Of a stretch of 32,000 nt of DNA, positions 16,918-27,519 are shown one piece after another. This stretch comes from Nitratidesulfovibrio vulgaris str. Hildenborough (GTDB lineage: Bacteria; Desulfobacterota; Desulfovibrionia; Desulfovibrionales; Desulfovibrionaceae), in the NCBI RefSeq assembly GCF_000195755.1, contig NC_002937.3:3120001-3152000 (forward strand). The letters are read 5' to 3'. Below the pieces are notes generated by a model. The model made no database searches, was not told the origin of the DNA, and worked only from the letters and a program-made list of their open reading frames with translations. A program made the translations under genes and the position numbers. The number at the start of each line of letters is the position of its first letter. The stretch's first letter is position 1.

Positions 16918-16955
16918 GTGTGCATCCTCCTGACTTCAGTGTCTGGAGGTTCGGA

Positions 16956-16971
16956 AGCAAGGCACATGCCA
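16956..16971 (-). promoter_or_regulatory. sigma-54 (RpoN) -24/-12 promoter for the radical-SAM operon
   Basis: The - strand reads TGGCATGTGCCTTGCT. This fits TGGCAC-N5-TTGCW with exact GG/GC spacing and one mismatch (C to T at position 6). It lies 38 nt upstream of the ATG at 16917, in a 167-bp intergenic gap. Confidence 0.7.
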
Positions 16972-17046
16972 TGCGCGACGAATCCATGTACGGCGGGAGA
17001 AAAGGCAGGCTTCGCAGAGGCCACGGGCACATACCTGACACCCTGC

Positions 17047-17064
17047 GGGATGCGGCTGCATCCC
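17047..17064 (-). terminator. stem-loop after the HDOD gene (possible terminator, alternatively an activator-binding palindrome)
   Basis: GGGATGC-ggct-GCATCCC: 7-bp stem with 4-nt loop, 21 nt downstream of the HDOD stop and about 85 bp upstream of the sigma-54 -24 element. There is no U-tract. Confidence 0.35.
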
Positions 17065-17084
17065 CGTGCGACGGGAAGCCGACA

Positions 17085-18116
17085 CTACACGGTGGTGCAC
17101 ATGACGGCGGTGCCGAGGTCGTCCACCATGGCGGTCATGGCGTTGGCTACGGCCTCCAGATGCTGCGGGGTGAGCCCCGACGCCTCCCACGCGGAGGCGG
17201 ACAGCGGAGGCACCGCACTCTCTGCGTCGGGCCCGTACCCCATGGCGCGGGCCACGATATCGGCAAGATGGATGACCGAAGGTTCGGGCATGGAGGGCAC
17301 GGATTCCGGCTCATGATGACGCAGCACGGACATGACGAGCGGCACGGGCATGTTCCACTTGTGCAGCAACATGCCCCCCAGCTTGGCGTGGTCGAAACCG
17401 AGAAGTTCACGCTCGGCGAGATGCCCCGGCAGATGCGAGGCACGCAACCGGGGCACAAGCTGGGCAGCCTTCTGTGGTGCCATCATCACGAAGGCAAGAT
17501 ACCCCACGTCGTGCAGCACCCCCGCCACGAAGAGCCTTTCAGGGTCGGGCCGCCCCATGAGCCGCCATATCTCGCGTGCCGCCCCGCCCACGGCGAGGCT
17601 GTGCCGCCATAGCCGTTCCATGTCCACCAGCCCTCGCGGCACGGACCGCATGAGTGACTGCAACATGCCGCTCGCCACCATGGTCTCCAACTGGCGCATG
17701 CCCACCACCGCCACAGCCTGCGTCACCGTGTCCACCCGGCCCGAAAGTCCGTACGAGGCGCTGTTGACCACGCGCAGCAGCCACGCCGTCAACCCCGCGT
17801 CGCGGGTGATGACCTCCGCCGCCTCGCGCACCGAGCAATCGGGGTCTGCAAGACGTTGACGCAACTCGACGTACACCGTGGGCAGGGATGGCAATGCACC
17901 GTCATGCTGCAACAACTCCACCGGGTCGATGGGGGACAGCGGCGGACTGCCTACCTCGTGCGGGTCGTCCGCGACCATGCGCCTTCCTGCGTCGGTCCCT
18001 TGGTTCACGGCCAGTTCACGCAAGGCTGCCAGCGCTGGATGCGCGCCGTCGTTGTGCCTGAACCGCCGCTCAAGCAGTGCGTCGGCCATCAGGCCCGCTA
18101 CCGTGTCCCTGTCCAT
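17085..18116 (-). CDS. HDOD-domain signalling protein, 343 aa
   Basis: HDOD hallmarks: LPSLPTVYVELRQRLADPDCSVREAAEVITRDAGLTAWLLRVVNSASYGL, VTQAVAVVGMRQL, LWRHSLAVGGAA, AGVLHDVGYL, GFDHAKLGGMLLHKWNMP, V.RHHEP. The start at 18116 (MDRDTVAGL..) has GGAGGTG 6 nt upstream. The 113-aa N-terminal extension in the ORF track is rejected. Confidence 0.85.
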   Translation of the reverse strand: MDRDTVAGLMADALLERRFRHNDGAHPALAALRELAVNQGTDAGRRMVADDPHEVGSPPLSPIDPVELLQHDGALPSLPTVYVELRQRLADPDCSVREAAEVITRDAGLTAWLLRVVNSASYGLSGRVDTVTQAVAVVGMRQLETMVASGMLQSLMRSVPRGLVDMERLWRHSLAVGGAAREIWRLMGRPDPERLFVAGVLHDVGYLAFVMMAPQKAAQLVPRLRASHLPGHLAERELLGFDHAKLGGMLLHKWNMPVPLVMSVLRHHEPESVPSMPEPSVIHLADIVARAMGYGPDAESAVPPLSASAWEASGLTPQHLEAVANAMTAMVDDLGTAVMCTTV

Positions 18117-18516
18117 GCTGCACCTCCATGCCCGTACGAGGAGCATACCATACACCCGCGGGGCAGGGGCAAGACCGTGAGAGCGACTTCTGCGACACGG
18201 CAGCGCCGCCCCCGCAGGCGGGGAAAACGGAAGGTCCCACACATGCGACGCGCCCATCGGACAGTCGCGCCCCCGGGAACCATCTCGCAGAGGCGGAAGG
18301 CCCGACACACGAGGCAGCACCGGCGACCCCGCAGGACATGCCGCTTCATGCGCGGACACGGTAGCGGGCACCACAGCGGGCACATCCGTGAAGATGACGA
18401 CGCCGGGAAGCGGGCACCATCCCTTGACCGGGACGAAGAACCCCGGCAATACCATTCCCTGACGGGACGCACCGCACCCGAATGTGCGCGCAGTCAGTCC
18501 ATGTCACGGAGCCGCC

Positions 18517-21500
18517 ATGCACACACAGCCCGCCATCAAAGCCCTTCTCCAACGCGCACTGTGCGCCATCGTCCTGTGCCTGTGCTGCGTCCTGTGCGCC
18601 CCGCCCGCCCCGGCACATGCCGATGCGAGCCGCAAGGCCGTGCTCTATCTCAACTCGTACCACAACGGCTATTCGTGGTCCGACGACATCCTCGCCGGCA
18701 TCCGCAAGGTACTGGAGGCTTCGGGGCGCGCCCTCGTCTTTCAGGTCGAATACATGGACTCCAAGAAGTTCCTGTACAAGGAGACCGAACAGACCCTCTA
18801 CCGCCTCTACCGCGACAAGTTCCGCGACACGCGCTTCGACCTCATCATCGCCTCCGACAATGCGGCGATGGACTTTCTGACACGCTTCCGCGACGAGCTT
18901 TTCCCCGGTGTGCCCGTGGTCTTCTGCGGCCTCAACGACGTGAAGCCCGAGAGCCTTCGCGGTCGCAACATGACGGGGGTCATCGAGGACTACGATGTCG
19001 CCGCCAACATCGAACTCGCCCTGCGTTTCAACCCCCAGCTACGGCGCATGGTCATCATCGGTGACGACTCGGTGACGGGTGCCGCCATCCGCAACCAGGT
19101 CATGGCGCAGGTGGCACCGTTGCGCGACCGCATCGAGGTCGAGGAGTGGACGGACTACCGCCTAGACCAGATGCTCGCATGGGTGCGCGAACAGCCCGCC
19201 GACACCTTCTTCTACTTCGTGCCCATCTACCGGGACATCGGCGGCCTCTTCTATACCGCCGAGGAACTGCTGCAGAAGGTGCGCGCCAACTCGCGCGCCC
19301 CGCTGTACAGCAACTGGGAGTTCCTGCTCGACCACGGCATCGTGGGCGGCAAGCTCATCTCCGGCGTGCGACATGGCGAGATGGCGGCGGAACTGGCGTT
19401 GCGCGTGCTCGACGGCGAAAAGGCCGACGCCATCCCCATCATCGAACGTGCCGACGAAGAGTACATGTTCGACAACAAGGAACTGACACGCCTGTTCATC
19501 AGCCGTTCCATGCTGCCCCCCGGCAGCGTGGTCATCAACGAACCGAGCAGGTTCTACGAGCTCAACAAGCAGGTCTTCTGGACCATCATCATCAGTCTCG
19601 TCATCCTCTCGCTGACACTGGTGCTGCTGGTCATGAACATCCTCGACAAACGCCGGGTCGAGGGCAAGATCAAGGACCAGCTTTCGTACCTGCGGCAGCT
19701 CACCGACACCATTCCACTGCCGGTCTACAGCAAGGACGCCGACGGACGCATCCGCGAGTGCAACCTCGCCTTCCTGCAGTTCTTCTCCGTGGAACGCGAG
19801 TCCGTGCTGGGCCGATACGAATGGCAGGCGGGTGAACGTCTGGCGCTGCTGCGCAATGCCGTGGACACCGACCTCATGCGTGAACCGGGGCAGGCCGCCT
19901 ATGACGACACCCTGCCGGGGCCCGATGGGGAGGCGCGCAACGTCATCGTGCACAAGGCGACCTACAGCAACGCGCGCGGGGCCATCGCGGGGCTTGTGGG
20001 GGTCGTCGTCGACTACACCGACCGCAAAAGGGCCGAAGACAGCCTGCGTGCCGCCGAAGAGAAGTACCGCTCCATCTTCGAAAGCTCGCCCCTCGGCATC
20101 TTCCGTCTCTCCCCGGAGGGCAGCCTCTCCGACGCCAACCCCGCGTTCGCACGCATGGCGGGCTACGACTCGTCACCCGCCATCATGAAACAGGGCCGCC
20201 CCGCCATGGACGCCCTGCTTTCCGGCCTCGACCTCGCACGGGTGGGGCATGAGGGCATCCTCACGTGGGTCGCCGATGTGCAGCGCCCCGACGGCAACCG
20301 CTGCACCATGCACCTCACGCTGCTCATCCGGCGCGACGCGCTGGGCGCACTCCGCCTCGTGGAGGGCTATGCCGAGGACATCACCAAACGCAAGGAGACC
20401 GAACGCGCCCTCTCCGCCTCGCAACGCATGTTGCGGCTGGTTCTCGACAACATCCCCCAGTTCGTCTACTGGACCGACCGCGACCTGCGCTTCATCGGGG
20501 CCAACCGCTCGTTCCTCACCTTCTTCGGCTTCGCCGAATCGCATGATATCAGCGGCCTGACCATGAACGACATCCTCACGACGGCAGTGCACTGGATCGT
20601 GCAGGAGGCCAACCATGCCGTCATCGAGACGGGCAACCCCCGCTACCAGTCCAAGCTGACCATCACCTCGCCCGCAGGGGAGAAGGTGTGGCTCGAGACG
20701 AGTCGCGTGCCCCTCATGGGCGAACGGGGCGATGTGGTGGGTTTGCTCACCACCGCCGAAGACGTGACCCAGCGCATCCACCTCGAACGACAGCTCCTCC
20801 AGTCGCAGAAGATGGAGGCCATCGGCACGCTGGCCGGCGGCATCTCGCACGATTTCAACAACATCCTCACCTCCATCATCAACTCCATCGAACTTGCCAT
20901 CAACGACGTGGCGGCCGACTCGCTGACCTTCACCGACCTCATGCGCGCCCTCAAGGCGGCGCAACGCGGCAGCCGTCTGGTCAAGCAGATTCTCACCTTC
21001 AGCCGTCCTTCGGTGGAGGGCTTCACCACCGTCGACCTCAACGAGGTGGTCACCGAGGCACTGGTGCTCATCAAGGCATCGATGCCGCGCAACATTCAGG
21101 TGCGCACCGCCGTGCCGCCCGACCCCTCGATCACGCGGGCAGACCCCACCCAGTTGCATCAGGTCATCATGAACCTGTGCACCAACTCGTTCCATGCCCT
21201 GCGCGAATCGGGCGGGGTGCTCGACATCAACCTCGAACAGGAACCCATCGGCCCCGAAGAGGCCCATGCCTTCGGCGTCGAACCGGGGTGCTGGCTGCGT
21301 CTCACTGTGTCGGACAACGGGCCGGGCATCCCGCAGGAGATACTGGACAAGATATTCGACCCCTTCTTCACCACCAAGGGCAAGACCGAAGGTACGGGGC
21401 TCGGCCTTGCGGTGGTGCACGGCATCATCAAGGGCCACAGGGGTGCCATACGGGTGTCCAGCCTCGCCCACAGGCGAACCGCCTTCGAGATCCTGCTTCC

Positions 21501-21936
21501 CATGCAGGAACAGACCGAATGCCCCCTGTCACCCGCAGACGCCCCTGCACCGCACGAAGGGCACGGGCGCATCCTCTTCGTGGAGGACGATGACGACCAG
21601 TTGCACACCATCCCGCGTGTGCTCGAAAGCCTCGGCTACAGCGTGCGCGCCTTCAAGAACCCCCTTCGCGCTCTCGAAGCCCTGCGCGAACATCCCGCCA
21701 TGTTCGACCTCGTGCTCACCGACTTCGACATGCCCGAGGCCAATGGACTTGAGCTTGCGGCCAAAATAGGCGATATTGCCCCGCAAGTTCCCGTGATTCT
21801 TGTTTCAGGGCGCGAAGTGGCCGCCGAAGGCGCGGCCCGTGCGGGCAACATCCGCACCATGATCCACAAGCCCTACAACCGGAACATCATTGCGGACGCG
21901 CTTGCACGTGTCCTCAGCCGTAGCGGGAGCGCATGA
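18517..21936 (+). CDS. hybrid sensor histidine kinase/response regulator: signal peptide, periplasmic ABC-substrate-binding-like domain, TM, 3 PAS, HisKA, HATPase_c, REC; 1139 aa
   Basis: ATG 18517 has GGAG 5 nt upstream (the in-frame GTG at 18484 is less likely). Signal-like LCAIVLCLCCVLCAPPAPAHA. Periplasmic YLNSYHNGYSWSDD..DLIIASDNAAMDF..VVFCGLND. TM FWTIIISLVILSLTLVLLVMNIL. PAS-like blocks. H-box GGISHDFNNILTSI, N-box MNLCTNSFHAL, G-boxes DNGPGI and GTGLGL. REC ILFVEDDDD..DLVLTDFDMPE..K. Confidence 0.9.
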   Translation: MHTQPAIKALLQRALCAIVLCLCCVLCAPPAPAHADASRKAVLYLNSYHNGYSWSDDILAGIRKVLEASGRALVFQVEYMDSKKFLYKETEQTLYRLYRDKFRDTRFDLIIASDNAAMDFLTRFRDELFPGVPVVFCGLNDVKPESLRGRNMTGVIEDYDVAANIELALRFNPQLRRMVIIGDDSVTGAAIRNQVMAQVAPLRDRIEVEEWTDYRLDQMLAWVREQPADTFFYFVPIYRDIGGLFYTAEELLQKVRANSRAPLYSNWEFLLDHGIVGGKLISGVRHGEMAAELALRVLDGEKADAIPIIERADEEYMFDNKELTRLFISRSMLPPGSVVINEPSRFYELNKQVFWTIIISLVILSLTLVLLVMNILDKRRVEGKIKDQLSYLRQLTDTIPLPVYSKDADGRIRECNLAFLQFFSVERESVLGRYEWQAGERLALLRNAVDTDLMREPGQAAYDDTLPGPDGEARNVIVHKATYSNARGAIAGLVGVVVDYTDRKRAEDSLRAAEEKYRSIFESSPLGIFRLSPEGSLSDANPAFARMAGYDSSPAIMKQGRPAMDALLSGLDLARVGHEGILTWVADVQRPDGNRCTMHLTLLIRRDALGALRLVEGYAEDITKRKETERALSASQRMLRLVLDNIPQFVYWTDRDLRFIGANRSFLTFFGFAESHDISGLTMNDILTTAVHWIVQEANHAVIETGNPRYQSKLTITSPAGEKVWLETSRVPLMGERGDVVGLLTTAEDVTQRIHLERQLLQSQKMEAIGTLAGGISHDFNNILTSIINSIELAINDVAADSLTFTDLMRALKAAQRGSRLVKQILTFSRPSVEGFTTVDLNEVVTEALVLIKASMPRNIQVRTAVPPDPSITRADPTQLHQVIMNLCTNSFHALRESGGVLDINLEQEPIGPEEAHAFGVEPGCWLRLTVSDNGPGIPQEILDKIFDPFFTTKGKTEGTGLGLAVVHGIIKGHRGAIRVSSLAHRRTAFEILLPMQEQTECPLSPADAPAPHEGHGRILFVEDDDDQLHTIPRVLESLGYSVRAFKNPLRALEALREHPAMFDLVLTDFDMPEANGLELAAKIGDIAPQVPVILVSGREVAAEGAARAGNIRTMIHKPYNRNIIADALARVLSRSGSA

Positions 21937-23357
21937 CAGTGCCCACCATCCTCGTCATAGACGACGACGTTCAGGTCTGCGAAACCATCGCCAGCCTTCT
22001 GGCGCGGCTTCGCTACGCGTGTGAAACGGCCCACAGCCTTGAGCAGGGGCTTGCCATCCTCGAGACCGCACCCGTCGACGTGGTCTTTCTCGACGTGCGC
22101 CTCCCGGACGGCAATGGCATAGACGCCCTGCCACGCATCAGGCAGGCCCCGTCGCACCCCGAGGTCATCATCCTCACCGGCGAAGGCGACCCCGACGATG
22201 CCGAGTTGGCCATTCAGGGCGGGGTGTGGGACTACCTCGTCAAGCCGACGCCCATCAAACAGACCACGCTGACCCTCGCACGGGCCCTCCAGTACCGGGC
22301 CGAGAAGCTCTCCAAGGGCGGCGGGGGCACGGTGGCACTGGACCTTGACGGCGTGGTGGGCATCAGTCCCTCCATGCGCCAGTGTTTCGACCTCGTGGCC
22401 AATGCCGCCACCACGGAAGCCAACGTCCTCGTCACCGGCGAAACGGGCACGGGCAAGGAACTGCTGGCCCGCACCATCCACCGCAACAGCCCTCGCAGGA
22501 ACGGCCCCTTCGTGGTGGTGGACTGTGCGGCACTGACCGAATCGCTCGTGGAAAGCACCCTCTTCGGGCACAAGCGCGGGGCCTTCACCGGCGCACAGCA
22601 GGACCGCGACGGTCTTGTGAAACTCGCCGACGGCGGTACGCTGTTCCTCGACGAAGTGGGCGAGATGCCTCTCGCCATCCAGCGCGCCTTCCTGCGCATC
22701 CTGCAGGAACGGTCGTTCAGGCCCGTAGGCGGCACGCAGGAGATTCGCAGCGACTTCCGCCTCATCTCCGCCACCAACCGCGACCTCGATGCCATGGTCG
22801 AGAGGGGAGAATTCCGCAAGGACCTGCTCTTTCGCCTCAACACCGTGCACGTGGAGTTGCCGCCGCTGCGAACGCGCCCTGAAGACCTGAAGCCGCTCGC
22901 CATCTTCCACATGAACAGGCTGGCCGAACAATACGGCGTGCCCGCCAAGGGCTTCGCCACCGACTTCTTCCAGCAACTCGCCCAGTACGACTGGCCGGGC
23001 AACGTGCGCGAGTTCTTCAACGTGCTTGAGCGCTCGTTCGTCATCTCCGGCCTTGAAGGGGTGCTCTACGCCATGCACCTGCCGCAGGACGTGCGCATCA
23101 AGATCACACGCGCAAGCCTTGCACGGTCGCCCCAGACAGCAGACCACGAAGAGGCGTCGGTGAAGCTTCATGACGTCACGGAAGGCACCAGTGTGTCGCT
23201 TCCGCCCCTCAAGAGCTTCAAACGCCTGATGGAAAAGCGCTATCTGGAACTGCTCATCGCCCAGACCGAAGGCAGCCTGCAGGAGATGCTCGATATTTCC
23301 GGGCTTTCACGTTCCCACTTTTATGCGCTGCTAAAAAAGAATAATATGACACTCTGA
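21933..23357 (+). CDS. NtrC-family sigma-54-dependent response regulator (REC, AAA+, Fis-type HTH), 474 aa
   Basis: REC ILVIDDD..VVFLDVRLPDGNG. Walker A GETGTGKE. Sigma-54 contact loop GAFTGA. Walker B LFLDEVGEM. C-terminal HTH (ISGLSRSHFYALLKKNNM). ATGA overlaps the kinase stop. Confidence 0.92.
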   Translation: MTVPTILVIDDDVQVCETIASLLARLRYACETAHSLEQGLAILETAPVDVVFLDVRLPDGNGIDALPRIRQAPSHPEVIILTGEGDPDDAELAIQGGVWDYLVKPTPIKQTTLTLARALQYRAEKLSKGGGGTVALDLDGVVGISPSMRQCFDLVANAATTEANVLVTGETGTGKELLARTIHRNSPRRNGPFVVVDCAALTESLVESTLFGHKRGAFTGAQQDRDGLVKLADGGTLFLDEVGEMPLAIQRAFLRILQERSFRPVGGTQEIRSDFRLISATNRDLDAMVERGEFRKDLLFRLNTVHVELPPLRTRPEDLKPLAIFHMNRLAEQYGVPAKGFATDFFQQLAQYDWPGNVREFFNVLERSFVISGLEGVLYAMHLPQDVRIKITRASLARSPQTADHEEASVKLHDVTEGTSVSLPPLKSFKRLMEKRYLELLIAQTEGSLQEMLDISGLSRSHFYALLKKNNMTL

Positions 23358-23378
23358 ACCGTGGTCGCACACACCCCA

Positions 23379-23534
23379 TCCGCTTTTTCAGACACGACCC
23401 GACACCGCGCCCCTACGTCCACTTTTTCAGACAGCCACCCGGTAGGCCGTTTACCCGCACAATCATGGCATCATCGCCATCTTCGGCGCATTGTCAGTAG
23501 GGTAACGCCACACGAAGTCCGCTTTTCAAGACAC
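23379..23534 (+). promoter_or_regulatory. three direct copies of a 17-bp motif (candidate upstream activating sequences for the adjacent NtrC-type regulator)
   Basis: TCCGCTTTTTCAGACAC (23379-23395), TCCACTTTTTCAGACAG (23418-23434) and TCCGCTTTTCAAGACAC (23518-23534). They lie about 80-240 bp upstream of the sigma-54 promoter. Confidence 0.6.
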
Positions 23535-23615
23535 GCTACCACGCAACCCCATCCACGAGAAACGACAGCCGGAGGAAAAACCAAGGTTACAGCATAGTTA
23601 CAGATAACACACCAT

Positions 23616-23631
23616 TGGCACATTTCTTGTT
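23616..23631 (+). promoter_or_regulatory. sigma-54 -24/-12 promoter of the por/lactate-utilisation operon
   Basis: TGGCACATTTCTTGTT has correct GG-to-G(C/T) spacing, with the -12 element TTGT instead of TTGC. It lies 136 nt upstream of the por ATG and downstream of the repeat array and the EBP gene. Confidence 0.65.
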
Positions 23632-23766
23632 AAACTTGCGGAGTTCGCGCTCTCCGCGCAACGGTCTCGGGCTCGCCCGCAAGCACCGTGAACTCCAGCC
23701 TCCGGCCCCCGGCGGCATGCCATTTTCACCACGCGCCCACCACAGGGCAGAAAAAGGAGATCGTAA

Positions 23767-27414
<3,648 letters not shown>

Positions 27415-27429
27415 ACGGCTTATGCGGAA

Positions 27430-27495
27430 CCGGAGAGGCGTTGCGGCCGCCTCTCCGGTCTCCCTACCACAAGCGGGCGGATCGGGACCGCCCGC
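27430..27495 (+). other. two GC-rich intercistronic stem-loops between por and the lactate permease gene
   Basis: Hairpin 1: CCGGAGAGGCG (27430-27440) pairs with CGCCTCTCCGG (27448-27458), 7-nt loop. Hairpin 2: GCGGGCGG (27473-27480) pairs with CCGCCCGC (27488-27495), 7-nt loop. Neither has a U-tract. Confidence 0.6.
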
Positions 27496-27519
27496 CAACC
27501 ACTACTCCGAGGAGTGTCC

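Noticed and set aside
18413-18428. Sigma-54-like GGCAC...TTGA upstream of the kinase gene
   Set aside because: Spacing between the GG and the TTG element is one nucleotide too long, and the -12 GC is absent. TTGACC is more plausibly a sigma-70 -35 box.
17856-19064. 402-aa + strand ORF spanning the HDOD 5' end, the 400-bp intergenic region and the kinase 5' end
   Set aside because: It is Arg/Pro/His-rich and crosses two real gene starts and a non-coding region. It has no SD.
20173-23171. Two 432-aa - strand ORFs (20173-21471, 21873-23171), plus 30779-31912 (-) and 29812-30813 (-)
   Set aside because: All are antisense to genes with unambiguous kinase, AAA+, GlcD or GlcF motifs. They are a high-GC artefact.
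23361-23597. 78-aa GTG-initiated ORF in the por upstream region (and the 82-aa antisense ORF 23598-23846)
   Set aside because: It has no SD and covers the three direct repeats that look like enhancer sites. Its composition is not protein-like. The antisense ORF overlaps the por start.
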